Source of the DNA: a virus
Lineage: Duplodnaviria; Caudoviricetes
Length of the DNA: 61,231 bases
IMG/VR virus record: IMGVR_UViG_3300049222_000815
Location: 1-61,231 of that record
Reading direction: 5' to 3' (one strand)
Below the pieces are notes generated by a model. The model was not told the origin of the DNA. It made no database searches and was given only the letters and a program-made list of their open reading frames with translations. Position numbers and translations under genes: made by a program. Below, one piece after another: positions 25,762 through 36,337 of this stretch (positions are counted from its first letter, which is position 1; every line of letters starts with the position of its first letter).

Positions 25762-27443
25762 CCTTCTATTCTTTCTTCTGGTTTATAATGTTTGAATCTA
25801 TCGTGAGTGACGGTAGATGCAAGTAGAACCGCAGGTTTTATTTCACCCTTTTTAGTCTCTTGAAAAATGTGAGACATCCAAGTTTGTTCGTAAGGGTGAG
25901 CCCATTTTGTGTTTATAAACATTTTTTTATTACCTTCTTTACTGGTAATGTGAGGCCAATTAGCATAATATATATCTCCACTAATATATGATAAGCCGTC
26001 GAGAACTTCAATGTGTTTAAATTCTGTCCTAGGGCAATTAGGATCTAAACCTGTAGATGGTAGTTGATCATAATCAGGCCATGTGTCTGTTCTATATTGC
26101 TGAGGAACATTGTACCAACTGACCTGAATATTGTTATCCATATAAACTTCTGTATATGAAAGCTTTAGAAAATCAAACTTTTCTTTAAGCATTATTTGAT
26201 GAATTTTTTTATAAAGGTTTGGAATATATTTATTAAATCCATTTCTACATACACCTTCATCAGGATCAGATATTGTCATGTCATCCTCAAAAAATAAATA
26301 AAAATCAGAATCACTCTCGTCAAAATGCTCTGCAGCAAATTGTCTGCCCCCGCAAATCCCTAAATTTTGATCCATAGAAATGTGCTCAAATCCATATTTA
26401 GATGCAATATTTCTATTCCCCTCTCTAGCCTGCTCATTAGTAGAGTTATCTATAATAATTTTTTGTGTTGGGTGAGTCAGGAACCCTTCATGTTTTTGCA
26501 AAGATTTAATTGTTGCCTCTAGCTGTTCTGGGTAATTAAAAGTAAGAAAATACAAGTTGGTTTTAACATGTGATATATCGTTAATTAAAGGAGTAAATTT
26601 TTTACGCTTAGAAGTAAAACTTTCTAATTTCGCTGATCTATTTTTAATCGCTTCAATAAATTTTACAATTAATCCATTGCTATCTAAGGCATATCGTTTA
26701 TAGTATTCTGGGAATAATTTAGCCATGATTGAAAAAACACTCTCTTCAGTACCAGCCAAGCCTTCATTTATGCTTTGCTCTAACAGGTGATAATACTCAG
26801 CATTAGCTTGACTTAAGAAGTCTTTGTGTCCGCCAAATAAACCACCCCTGCACACATAATCTACTTTTTGTTGCGCATATTTATTAATTGCGTTAAATTC
26901 AAAACCATGAATTTCTTTATCCGCTTCATAGGGATAAGATAAAAATAGAAATGGATCCATATTATCAACGATCCTATTTAAAACTTCCTCATCATAAAAG
27001 TAGTTTTCATAAACAGTTTGAGTGATTCCTGCATCTAGCCATAAAAAATAATCTGTGTCAAACGGGTTCCATATCTTGGAGTCATGTAAGAAAAACATCT
27101 TAGACATAACAATAGGGTTATAGTATTCATTTTTACATTGTGGGCTTTCTGGAAGCCAACCTGCTTGATTTTGCCATGATGGACTATTTCTGATTGATTG
27201 CCACTTATTCCAGAATGGAGAAAACATTCTATTTTTAATGTCCTCCAACTCATAAATGCGAACAAAAGTATTTTCTTTTGATCTACGCTCCCAAACGAAA
27301 GACTCCAGAGATTTAGGGATCCACAGCACCATATTGCATGGAATTTTAAGAAATTTATCAAAGTGTTCTTCGTACCTAGACCAATCGCGCCCAGCGCGAT
27401 TAATGTTCCAGAGACCGCTGACTATAGTTAAATTTTTATTCAT
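25758..27443 (-). CDS. HtrL/YibB-family domain fused to a GT-A glycosyltransferase domain
   Basis: N-half 'TIVSGLWNINR...SKMFFL...NPFDTDYFLWLDAG'; C-half 'IIDNS...NLGICGGR...FFEDD'. Confidence 0.72.
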   Translation of the reverse strand: MNKNLTIVSGLWNINRAGRDWSRYEEHFDKFLKIPCNMVLWIPKSLESFVWERRSKENTFVRIYELEDIKNRMFSPFWNKWQSIRNSPSWQNQAGWLPESPQCKNEYYNPIVMSKMFFLHDSKIWNPFDTDYFLWLDAGITQTVYENYFYDEEVLNRIVDNMDPFLFLSYPYEADKEIHGFEFNAINKYAQQKVDYVCRGGLFGGHKDFLSQANAEYYHLLEQSINEGLAGTEESVFSIMAKLFPEYYKRYALDSNGLIVKFIEAIKNRSAKLESFTSKRKKFTPLINDISHVKTNLYFLTFNYPEQLEATIKSLQKHEGFLTHPTQKIIIDNSTNEQAREGNRNIASKYGFEHISMDQNLGICGGRQFAAEHFDESDSDFYLFFEDDMTISDPDEGVCRNGFNKYIPNLYKKIHQIMLKEKFDFLKLSYTEVYMDNNIQVSWYNVPQQYRTDTWPDYDQLPSTGLDPNCPRTEFKHIEVLDGLSYISGDIYYANWPHITSKEGNKKMFINTKWAHPYEQTWMSHIFQETKKGEIKPAVLLASTVTHDRFKHYKPEERIEG

Positions 27444-27955
27444 TTTTTTGAAAAGATTGCTAAGCTGTCTACTATATTAATTTTTTTATATAAACTTTCT
27501 ACGATATTATGATACTTAGGTCTATGAGTATAGTCATGAATCATTAATAAACCATCAATATCTAAATATCCAAACACTTCTACTGCACAGTAAGCTCTAG
27601 CTCTACCGTCAATTAAAATTTTACTGTATTTACTACAAGGAAGTTCATGAACTTTTTTGAAATAAGGTTGCCATTTTAATTTATGGTCTTCACTGGTATA
27701 ATCACAATGAATATTATTATCTAAAAAGAAACATTCGGCATGAAAGATTTTAGTGTTGCTTTGGACTTGAGATGAAACAGTGTCATGCCAAGCCTTCACA
27801 TGCTCAATGCTATAATAATTTTTAACATATTTAGAAAAGTATAATGTGCTTGATCCTGAACCGTACTCTAATACTGTATCGTCTTTATTTAGAATGGAAG
27901 ATATAAAACCGACCTCTTGGGTAGTCATATCCATTGGTTTATTGGGAAGCCTCAT
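27440..27955 (-). CDS. class I SAM-dependent methyltransferase
   Basis: 'VLEYGSGSST', 'SIEH', 'LIDGRAR', 'IHDY'. Confidence 0.8.
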   Translation of the reverse strand: MRLPNKPMDMTTQEVGFISSILNKDDTVLEYGSGSSTLYFSKYVKNYYSIEHVKAWHDTVSSQVQSNTKIFHAECFFLDNNIHCDYTSEDHKLKWQPYFKKVHELPCSKYSKILIDGRARAYCAVEVFGYLDIDGLLMIHDYTHRPKYHNIVESLYKKINIVDSLAIFSKK

Positions 27956-28539
27956 ATTTTTTCCACCAAAACCCTACCACCAATAGAAATAACTTTAATT
28001 GATTGAGAGTATTCAGACAAAAACATATCGATACCTCTCTTAGTTGTATTTGGGTCATCTGCTGTACCCCAGTTATAGTCGTCAAATAATATTTTGCCAC
28101 CAGAGCGACACAAATTTAAACAACCAACCCCATCAAGGTAAACTGCTTCACACCTGTGGTCTCCATCAATAAAACAGAAGTCTATAGTATTAGATAAATG
28201 ACCCAAGGCTATAAAAGCATCAGAACTAGTTTTACGCACTAATTCTATTTTCCCTGAATCCATATGAGCTTTAGTATTATAAATAAATTTATCATATTGA
28301 CCTGAAAAATATTTCCAACGACCATCATTATCAATAGCATTTTGTTCATTTAAATTTTCTGATAAATAACAATCCAATAAAGGATCAATGCATATAAGCT
28401 TTCCATCGCTAGGCAAATTATCAGCGATTGCATTTGATGTTTGACCTTCAAAGCAACCTATTTCTATGCAATTTTTAACACCTTCTTTACTTGCTAATTG
28501 CAAAATTTGAGAATCGGGACCGAGTACTGTATATTTCAT
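27952..28539 (-). CDS. class I SAM-dependent methyltransferase (Methyltransf_24)
   Basis: 'IEIGCFEG', 'FIDGDH', 'GGKILFDDY'. Confidence 0.85.
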   Translation of the reverse strand: MKYTVLGPDSQILQLASKEGVKNCIEIGCFEGQTSNAIADNLPSDGKLICIDPLLDCYLSENLNEQNAIDNDGRWKYFSGQYDKFIYNTKAHMDSGKIELVRKTSSDAFIALGHLSNTIDFCFIDGDHRCEAVYLDGVGCLNLCRSGGKILFDDYNWGTADDPNTTKRGIDMFLSEYSQSIKVISIGGRVLVEKI

Positions 28540-29459
28540 ATTATATTGGATTTTAAGAGTAAATTAAATGTATTTTTAATCATTAAATCCATTGTAAAAT
28601 TGGATTTATAAAAATTGTAACCATTTAGAGAAATTTTATTTAGGTAATTATAATCTTTTCTGACTGATTGATATTTCTCAATTATGTGTTGAGATAACAA
28701 TTCAATGTTTTGTGGAATTGGAGTTAACGCATTGTAGTTAGGCTCCCAATCTACAGGTATATATGTGTCATCTGGTATATCAATTAATAATTTAGATGTA
28801 AACCTAGGTCTAAGGAAAGGCATGCCTGTTAACCAATATTCAATATCTCGATTGCACATATCTCTGATGCCAGACATAGAAAAAGCTAATCTAGAAGAAG
28901 TTAGTTCTTGTTGGTAATTTTTAGACTTGGTGCTTTCTATATCAATGCCTTGAATTTGTGATTTAGATAAATAATCTAAAAGATTGCGGATTCCAGGTAT
29001 CATTAAACCTCTGAAATAAATATTGTCATTTTTAGGATTATAGCAATTTTCTTTATATAGAGAATTACTCTGCCAAGGTCTAAAATACCAAGGTTTAATT
29101 TTAGGTATAATTTCGGGCCAGTCTCGCTTTATTATTGTTTCGTCATAGTGACCAGAATAAATAGCTGCAATTTTATCAATTGGAAGATTTTGAAAACCGC
29201 CCTTAAGTTGCTTGAGATCAAAAAAAGTTGTAAACAATATACATTTTTCTGTGCTTGGGTTGGCTAAAAGTAGGTTATTTAAATTGAAGTTTACTTCGTG
29301 GCCAAAAATATTTCTAACACCATAACCAGAAGCATTTTTATGACTGAATTCTACATATTGTAGTTTTATTTTTTTTGTTTCTAGAAATTCAAAAAATAAT
29401 TGATTGAAATGCCAGAACCATTCCGACTTACTTGTAGAAATGTCCCCAGCAAATAACAT
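28536..29459 (-). CDS. putative GT-B glycosyltransferase
   Basis: 'IYFRG...R...YQQELTSSRLAFSMSG..DMCNRDIE...G.PF'; glycan gene context. Confidence 0.55.
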   Translation of the reverse strand: MLFAGDISTSKSEWFWHFNQLFFEFLETKKIKLQYVEFSHKNASGYGVRNIFGHEVNFNLNNLLLANPSTEKCILFTTFFDLKQLKGGFQNLPIDKIAAIYSGHYDETIIKRDWPEIIPKIKPWYFRPWQSNSLYKENCYNPKNDNIYFRGLMIPGIRNLLDYLSKSQIQGIDIESTKSKNYQQELTSSRLAFSMSGIRDMCNRDIEYWLTGMPFLRPRFTSKLLIDIPDDTYIPVDWEPNYNALTPIPQNIELLSQHIIEKYQSVRKDYNYLNKISLNGYNFYKSNFTMDLMIKNTFNLLLKSNII

Positions 29460-30100
29460 TAAGCTAATTTACGAGAACTTAACCAAGCAACAGAACTGAA
29501 TTCATTATCCATAAAAAGCTCTAAGTTATATGTAGAGAAAGATTGTTCTACATCTGAAAATTTAATTTCATGCCAATTCCAAATTTTATCTTTAATATGA
29601 GAGTTGAAGTAATCTAAGTCTTTAGCATAATCGTGGGCCATGATGTGATCACCAGGTTTTAAGAATTCTGACAACACAGGAAACTCTAAACGCTTGCAGC
29701 CACCATCACACAACACAAGTGTTTTACCTGAAGATTGTATGAATTTTACAGGATCTGAATTTCTGTCAAATATCTGCCAAGGATGTATTTTAGTATTAAA
29801 AACATTATCATTAAAAAATTTTACTTTTTCCCCCTTATCTATATAAGATTGAATTGCTGGCGGAGCAGATTTGTGGTTAGTGTCAAATGTCCATACTTCG
29901 CAATTGTTTTGTCCTGCATTATTCAATGCATCAATAACCATCAAAGTGGTTCCACCAAATGCTGATCCAATTTCAATAACCCTACTAAATTGAACTTGAT
30001 CAAAAAGAGATCTAAAGACGTTAGCTGCTTGAGGGACTTGCATTGTGGTAACTTGATGTCCGTGTTTTGAGTGGTATGTAAAATGGCCTTGCACGCTCAT
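29459..30100 (-). CDS. SAM-dependent methyltransferase (CmcI/Methyltransf_24-like)
   Basis: 'VIEIGSAFGG', 'LCDGG', 'LKPGDHIMAHDY'; likely start ATG 30100. Confidence 0.75.
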   Translation of the reverse strand: MSVQGHFTYHSKHGHQVTTMQVPQAANVFRSLFDQVQFSRVIEIGSAFGGTTLMVIDALNNAGQNNCEVWTFDTNHKSAPPAIQSYIDKGEKVKFFNDNVFNTKIHPWQIFDRNSDPVKFIQSSGKTLVLCDGGCKRLEFPVLSEFLKPGDHIMAHDYAKDLDYFNSHIKDKIWNWHEIKFSDVEQSFSTYNLELFMDNEFSSVAWLSSRKLA

Positions 30101-30105
30101 GGTTT

Positions 30106-31374
30106 TTATCTTTCTACTTGCCTTTCTACTCTTTCTGCCCAACCACGCTTTTTACTATTAGCCCAATAAACTACGCGGCTTGGTTTTTTATCTGTCATAA
30201 ACATTTCTTCGTAATGTATTGGTTTTGAATTTTTCATAAATTGATTTAATTGCTCTCCCTCTATTGATTTAGAAAATATACCTTCTCCATTTTCATCATC
30301 AAATGCAACCAAAATAGATTGGTAATCGTCTTTAGGCATTTCATGACGCTCTAAATTTACTAAATGATAAAAGGAAAACATAAAACTATCTTCCCATTCT
30401 TTTTCGTTCTTGTATGGATAAGGGTTTGGTGGAAAATAATTATCTTTAGTATATTTTTGAAAAGATTTTTTTTTGAAATGTATACCTGCATACTTCTCAT
30501 AATCACGCAAGGTTCTTTTGTTACCTAATCCATATTCACCCAAATCGATTCCATTATCTTCAACTCCAATTAATTGCCTAATCCTAGCTCTTGCGGAATC
30601 ATTTCCTTTCCACCACATATCGTCTCCACGTTTGCTTTGATCGTCCCATACTAACTTGCCAGCCCTCTCTTCTCTCATGGTTGCATGCCAAATGATTACT
30701 TTATGAGGGTGAAACAAATCATATCCATGAGTAAAACTACGCACAGTTAAATTTAATTCTTCTCCAGCAAAAAATATATTTTTATCATGTTTTACATCGC
30801 GTGCCCATTGATTGCTGCCAAAAGCAAAATGACCACTTAAAAACCTAGCGGGATAAGGTTTGGTTAATTTTTTCCAATCTCTAACTCCAGTTGGTCGAAT
30901 AAAAATAGTGTTATGGGGGTAAAAGCATGCAGCTTCAGAAATCCATGGCTCTTGAACTCTGTCTTCTGGGTCGTTAAAAGGGTTGTAATATGGTAAATAT
31001 CCTCCAATTACTGGATTATAGCCATCACATTGTAATTGTTCATGCCAATTAATTAATGTTGAATCCCAATTTTTTGCAAATCTATGATGAGAGTCGAGCT
31101 GGCAGACAAAATCTTCATCAGTTAATAGTTCATCATTAATGATTGCTCTTGCGGTAGCTAAACCTTTAGCTTCTGTATGTGGCATATCATGAATTTTGAA
31201 TCTAGAGTCATCTCTATAGTCATCAAGATTATCAAATCCATCATCTTCGCAATATTGCCTACATATTCCAAAACGGATTCTATCAGGATGCTCAGCATTA
31301 TCAAGAGCACTTTTAATTGTGGGGATTAATTCAGGCTCTCTATATGCAGGTAAGTGAACTAGTATAGTTTTCAT
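30106..31374 (-). CDS. GT60 (Gnt1-like) polypeptide GlcNAc-transferase, paralog 2
   Basis: 'HLPAYREPEL', 'QLDSHHRF', 'FLSGHF', 'FAGEE', 'THGYDLFHP'. Confidence 0.82.
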   Translation of the reverse strand: MKTILVHLPAYREPELIPTIKSALDNAEHPDRIRFGICRQYCEDDGFDNLDDYRDDSRFKIHDMPHTEAKGLATARAIINDELLTDEDFVCQLDSHHRFAKNWDSTLINWHEQLQCDGYNPVIGGYLPYYNPFNDPEDRVQEPWISEAACFYPHNTIFIRPTGVRDWKKLTKPYPARFLSGHFAFGSNQWARDVKHDKNIFFAGEELNLTVRSFTHGYDLFHPHKVIIWHATMREERAGKLVWDDQSKRGDDMWWKGNDSARARIRQLIGVEDNGIDLGEYGLGNKRTLRDYEKYAGIHFKKKSFQKYTKDNYFPPNPYPYKNEKEWEDSFMFSFYHLVNLERHEMPKDDYQSILVAFDDENGEGIFSKSIEGEQLNQFMKNSKPIHYEEMFMTDKKPSRVVYWANSKKRGWAERVERQVER

Positions 31375-32630
31375 GGAGAAGGAACTTCACCCTCTATAAT
31401 AGGCATCCAACCTTTAGATTTTGAGTGTGGCCAAACGAGCCAGGATTTAGGTATTTCAGAAGTCTGAAATTTTCTCCAGAATCTTACGAATTCGTCATTG
31501 GGATCAGAGTTTAGCAAATTAGATACTTCATTTTCATTTGCATCTAGGCGAATCATTTCTTCGCCCGAAGAATTTTTAAACGCCATAACCCAGACATCGT
31601 AATCTTTTTCTGTAAATGTTGGCTTGTGAATATCTATGCAATATTTGAACTCAGACACAAAACCTTTTTCGTATTCAGCTTTAGATTTAAAAGGTGTAGG
31701 TGGTTGCTTCCTGTCAAAAGCATGTTGGTGAACATTGCGATCTTTAAACCTAATCCCAGCATATTTTTCGTAATCTTTTAAAGATCTTATTTTGCCTAAA
31801 CCATATTTTTTAAAATTAGATCTCCTTAATCCATCCATACCTAAAAGTTTTCGATATCGTTGAAAACTTTTTTTATTTAAGTCATTCCACTTTGCGACAT
31901 CATCCCAATGCCTAGACTTGCCTTTGCGAGTGTAGTGATGCCATACCCAAGGTCGATGCAAGTGATAAAGATCATATCCCCATGTAAACGCCCTGACTGC
32001 GAGAGAGCTTTCTTCTCCATGGAAATATAAATTAGGGTCATATGGAACTTCTTCACAGAAAGATCCTAATGTAAAAATAAAATGACCACTTAAAAATCTT
32101 GCTTTTTCGGGACCAAACCGAGACCAGTTTTGTATACTTTCTGGAAAAATAAAAATAGGACCTTCTGGCATAAACCTATCAAGATAAGTCCTCCAGACAT
32201 CATTTAATCGATTTTCATTTTTTTCATCTGGATCATAAGATGGCAAATATGAAGATAATAGAGGTTTGGAACTACCTGATTTAATTAAATCTTTTAATGT
32301 TTTTTTTAATTTTGTGTCCCAACCTTTAACAAATCTATGATGAGAGTCTAACTGAAAATAATATTCTTCTTTATCGTAAAAAGATTGTATCTTACTTCGC
32401 GCTGAACAAACTCCTAAACTTTTTTTATAGGGAGTCTCTATAATGTTAAAGGTTTTTCTTTTTTTATATTTTGAAAGATCATCAAAACCATCTTCTTTTG
32501 AGTACTCTCTTGATATTCCAAATACTAAATTTCTTGGATTGTCTGCATTTTTAATGCAATTTTCAATAGTTGGAATGAGTTCTGGATCTCTGTAGCTGGC
32601 AATTGAAATAAATATTTTATTTTTCTTCAT
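31371..32630 (-). CDS. GT60 (Gnt1-like) polypeptide GlcNAc-transferase, paralog 1
   Basis: 'IFISIASYRDPEL', 'QLDSHHRF', 'PYDPNLYFHGEE', 'RSLKDYEKYAGI'. Confidence 0.85.
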   Translation of the reverse strand: MKKNKIFISIASYRDPELIPTIENCIKNADNPRNLVFGISREYSKEDGFDDLSKYKKRKTFNIIETPYKKSLGVCSARSKIQSFYDKEEYYFQLDSHHRFVKGWDTKLKKTLKDLIKSGSSKPLLSSYLPSYDPDEKNENRLNDVWRTYLDRFMPEGPIFIFPESIQNWSRFGPEKARFLSGHFIFTLGSFCEEVPYDPNLYFHGEESSLAVRAFTWGYDLYHLHRPWVWHHYTRKGKSRHWDDVAKWNDLNKKSFQRYRKLLGMDGLRRSNFKKYGLGKIRSLKDYEKYAGIRFKDRNVHQHAFDRKQPPTPFKSKAEYEKGFVSEFKYCIDIHKPTFTEKDYDVWVMAFKNSSGEEMIRLDANENEVSNLLNSDPNDEFVRFWRKFQTSEIPKSWLVWPHSKSKGWMPIIEGEVPSP

Positions 32631-33714
32631 CTTCGAAAATCTTATTAATAATATTATAAAAATATTCTTTTAAATTTCCATTAGATTCTATAAGTGATAA
32701 TAATTTATGATCTCCTTGTATTTTGTCTGGACAATCTAGCCCCTCTGATTTTATTTCTTTAGCAAAATCTTCATCAAAAGATATCCAAGCCCCTTTCTTT
32801 TCTATGTAACCCCAAAGATAAAGCATATCGATAATTTCTTTTTCTATCCAAATTGAATTGCCATTAACTCTACCATATTTTATTGGGTAGCGTACTTGAG
32901 CTCCAGTTTTTTCATTAACACTTTTTCTGAATCTAATTTTGCAGTAATGACCTATGGGATTACCTTTATCTTCAATTCTAGAGGCTGAAGGATTTTCCCA
33001 CATAATGTCATTTGTGTAACGCTCTTCAAATTCTAATATAAAATTAGCATAATGTTTAATTGCATTTCCACCTGCCTGTTTAACTTTGGGTCCACCTCTG
33101 GCAGCATAGGGGTTTGATGCAACTTCTACTCTAACTTGAGATGTTAAAAGCATCATGTGACCCATTTTTGTAATTGGTAAAACCATCTTTTTTAGAAATA
33201 CCGAAGTAACTAGAGCTCCTCCTGCCACCTGTTCACTTTCACTAAACGGTTTATCAACATCATTAATTCGACATAATGCATCAACACTATCAATAATGAA
33301 CATGTATTTCTTCTTGTCTTCATTATTGAAAACCAAATCCCTAATGAATTCAAAAACCTTCTCGAAAATATTGCAATCTAAAACAAAAAATCTTTCAGGA
33401 TCAAGATTAACTCCTGTGCGTTTAAGCATCTCTTTACTAAGACGCCCTTCCGACTTAACTACAACAACCATTCCGTTGTCGCCAAAATGCTCTTGAAAGT
33501 TCTTTGCAACGGTTAATGCACAGCTAGTTTTTCCTCCTTCATTAACTCCTGTAAATCGATGAGCTCCAGAAGGTAAGCCACCGCCTAAAGCTAAATCTAA
33601 ATTAAGACTACCGCTTGATATTTTATAATCTTCTTCCTCAAAATTATTAAAATGATACTTTTGATTATCTTTGTTTAAAAGGAATTTATTTATTTGATCT
33701 AATGTTTTACTCAT
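32617..33714 (-). CDS. recA: RecA/UvsX-family recombinase
   Basis: 'SSGSLNLDLALGGGLP', 'GVNEGGKTS', 'IIDSV', 'SQVR', 'GGNAIKHYA'. Confidence 0.9.
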   Translation of the reverse strand: MSKTLDQINKFLLNKDNQKYHFNNFEEEDYKISSGSLNLDLALGGGLPSGAHRFTGVNEGGKTSCALTVAKNFQEHFGDNGMVVVVKSEGRLSKEMLKRTGVNLDPERFFVLDCNIFEKVFEFIRDLVFNNEDKKKYMFIIDSVDALCRINDVDKPFSESEQVAGGALVTSVFLKKMVLPITKMGHMMLLTSQVRVEVASNPYAARGGPKVKQAGGNAIKHYANFILEFEERYTNDIMWENPSASRIEDKGNPIGHYCKIRFRKSVNEKTGAQVRYPIKYGRVNGNSIWIEKEIIDMLYLWGYIEKKGAWISFDEDFAKEIKSEGLDCPDKIQGDHKLLSLIESNGNLKEYFYNIINKIFEDEEK

Positions 33715-34043
33715 GATAAAAATTGTCTTATTGTTTTAGGTTTTTTGGTTATGATTTTATCTTCACCAACTTTGTTTGTCAATTTTATTTTAGATTTTGT
33801 TGGAATTTTGTAATTAAACTGTTTGTACTTAGTGTTTAATAAGGACATACCATATTCTGATTGAAAAAACACCAAAGAATCCCAATCATTATTAAAGTTG
33901 ACAGTTTGCCAAAACTTTTCGCTTGGGAATTTTTCCATTAATTTATTTAATATTTTATATTCCCTAGACCAGTAGGGCCCTTTGATTACTTTCGGCGGTG
34001 TAATTAAGTTTAATAAAATTTCTTTTTTATTTAGTTTTGACAC
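33711..34043 (-). CDS. hypothetical protein
   Basis: 110 aa, GTG start 6 nt after a -10 box (leaderless). Confidence 0.65.
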   Translation of the reverse strand: MSKLNKKEILLNLITPPKVIKGPYWSREYKILNKLMEKFPSEKFWQTVNFNNDWDSLVFFQSEYGMSLLNTKYKQFNYKIPTKSKIKLTNKVGEDKIITKKPKTIRQFLS

Positions 34044-34049
34044 CAGAGT

Positions 34050-34078
34050 ATCATAACATATGAATCAAATAAAGTCAA
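34050..34078 (-). promoter_or_regulatory. sigma70 promoter of the recA-GT60 operon
   Basis: TTGACT-N17-TATGAT with extended TG. Confidence 0.8.
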
Positions 34079-34083
34079 GAGAA

Positions 34084-35469
34084 TTATCGATTCATTAAAG
34101 CTCTCCATCCACAAGCTTGATTTTCGTCTTTTGTAGCTCCCAAAGTATGTGTTTTATAGGTACCGCCACAACCACAATCTTCAAAAATATCTACTTTTGC
34201 TCCATAGGCATTTTCACAACCCATTCCAGTATCTGTTAGGCGCCAATGCTTTGTTATATTAAAACTATTTCCATTTTTACAACTATCCAAACAATCTTGC
34301 TCTGCCTCAGGGAGATTAAATAAATCAAAGCAGTCTGAAGGATAGTTTGCAACAACTAAGTCACCACTTCCACGAGTTTCAAGCTGATCGGTCTGATGGT
34401 TAAGGTGCTCAAGGATGTCTAGACCTAAGTTATAGGGTGAATTAATGTCTCTACCAGGAATTATCGTTGGCTCACAATCTAGGTAATCTGGACATGGAGA
34501 TGATAGCCAATTATAAAATGAATGATCCATATTATATGCCCAACATCCGCTACTTAAATAGTCAAAGGCATAACAACTTTCGCCTGTACATGTTATTGTA
34601 TTTCCAGACATCGTTAAATCTGTTAGATCTATGGATAAAGTATTTATAAGCCAACTTTTAAGATAATCCATAACCATAGATTCTACTGGACGATTACACC
34701 CACTGCCCGTAGAGCCTGTATTTGAACAGCTACCTTTAAATTTCCAACCTGTATATTTTAATGTCTTACTACTTTGATATATTTCTACATTTAAACAATA
34801 GTAAACTCTCGCTTTCTCTGGAGTAGCAAAATGAGTAACGCATTTATTTAATCTTTCAGTTTCATAAACACGCCATTTCAAGGCTTTTTCATCGCAGCGA
34901 TCACATTCTTTGATGCTGGTCATATCTTTGTCATTTCTTAAACAAGGCTGTTCAGCATTGTCGGTAAAGTCATCAACTTCCAAAAATTTATCCCAATTGG
35001 GAAATGTAATACCTCCAGCTCCAGGCATATTGCTTTTCATGACTATATTAACCCCATCAGATACTCCAGCGAAATCTGTAATAGATTTCGTTGAAGGTGG
35101 ACCCAATGTAATTGAACCATCTTTATGGTAAATGTTTTTAGGATTTTCTGCTGAACCTATTTTCCAATCAGGAATAGTAAATGGCATATTAAAATAAATA
35201 CCATCTACACCATAACTAGATTTTGATCCAACTGATAGACTAGGAATAGATAGTGAACCGTTATTAATGTCATGATGATATAGTAAATCGTTTTTATTTA
35301 CATCTTCAAGAGGACTATCTTTAGCAAATAAAACATGGTCAATGTTAGGCATTTTGTTAATATCAAAGCAGGGCAATTTTTCAATTACGACAGACTGGTT
35401 ATCTTTAACTAAGTAATACTTTTTAGCATTCCCAGCATATTCCGATAAATTTGTAAGACCATGATTCAT
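34084..35469 (-). CDS. cysteine-rich hypothetical protein (possible virion component)
   Basis: 461 aa, many Cys in the C-terminal two-thirds; no recognised family. Confidence 0.55.
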   Translation of the reverse strand: MNHGLTNLSEYAGNAKKYYLVKDNQSVVIEKLPCFDINKMPNIDHVLFAKDSPLEDVNKNDLLYHHDINNGSLSIPSLSVGSKSSYGVDGIYFNMPFTIPDWKIGSAENPKNIYHKDGSITLGPPSTKSITDFAGVSDGVNIVMKSNMPGAGGITFPNWDKFLEVDDFTDNAEQPCLRNDKDMTSIKECDRCDEKALKWRVYETERLNKCVTHFATPEKARVYYCLNVEIYQSSKTLKYTGWKFKGSCSNTGSTGSGCNRPVESMVMDYLKSWLINTLSIDLTDLTMSGNTITCTGESCYAFDYLSSGCWAYNMDHSFYNWLSSPCPDYLDCEPTIIPGRDINSPYNLGLDILEHLNHQTDQLETRGSGDLVVANYPSDCFDLFNLPEAEQDCLDSCKNGNSFNITKHWRLTDTGMGCENAYGAKVDIFEDCGCGGTYKTHTLGATKDENQACGWRALMNR

Positions 35470-35471
35470 GT

Positions 35472-36335
35472 TTATGATATAGGGATAGGAAAAGCAGGAG
35501 TGCTATTAGGATTAGGAACGGGAGGAAGGTTTGATGATGTTGGTAGTGGATCTTGCCTTTCTATTAGATGGGCAAATTGAGAGATGTGGTGACTATTAGA
35601 TAATGAGCAAATTTTTGCTACGCATGTAAAGCTTTCATCAGAATAAGCGATGTCTTTAAAAAAAGCCTGAGAATTAGTTGGAGTATTTTCGTACCGTTTA
35701 AAATCAGAAGTGCAGGGGTAAATGTTTAGGGTTCTCCTGTTTAAGCCAGGCCAGACCTGTACTTCGTGTGCAGTGATTAAAATACTCATATCTTTGCCTT
35801 GATGAAAGTATGCGGTATTTCCTTCTATCTGCTGAAATGAGCCTTCTAGTTTAACAAAATTGGGATTAGGAGAAACAATTTCTAGAGCTTTTACATTCGC
35901 ATTACAAAGAGGAGAGCAATTTTCTGGACCACCTGTTTTTCCTATTGTTATATATGTGTTTTCATCAATAGAGGCGGTTGTATCTGCATTGACTCCAAAA
36001 CATTCTTCCTTAACATCTTCATCTAGTGAATTGTCTACTTCAGGATATTTGCTTACATATGGAAATGTGCCGTTTGGGCCAATTGATCCATGTTTCCCCA
36101 TGAAGGGTCGTTTTTTTTCGCAACAAGAAGACGCTCCATAATTCTCAAGAGCCAAATCTTCAGAACCATTATCACCAACAGCATAATGCTGTTTATCTCC
36201 TTTTACTAGCTCTTCGGAGGGTATTGTTGGACAGTCAGTTAATGTATCTGAAGCTTGACTGAATGCAGAAGAATTCACTGGAGGGCTATACCTTGCTAGA
36301 CCCCCATCGCTGTATAATAAATCTATTAAATCCAT
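35472..36335 (-). CDS. hypothetical protein
   Basis: 287 aa, Cys-containing, Pro-rich tail. Confidence 0.55.
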   Translation of the reverse strand: MDLIDLLYSDGGLARYSPPVNSSAFSQASDTLTDCPTIPSEELVKGDKQHYAVGDNGSEDLALENYGASSCCEKKRPFMGKHGSIGPNGTFPYVSKYPEVDNSLDEDVKEECFGVNADTTASIDENTYITIGKTGGPENCSPLCNANVKALEIVSPNPNFVKLEGSFQQIEGNTAYFHQGKDMSILITAHEVQVWPGLNRRTLNIYPCTSDFKRYENTPTNSQAFFKDIAYSDESFTCVAKICSLSNSHHISQFAHLIERQDPLPTSSNLPPVPNPNSTPAFPIPIS

Positions 36336-36337
36336 AA

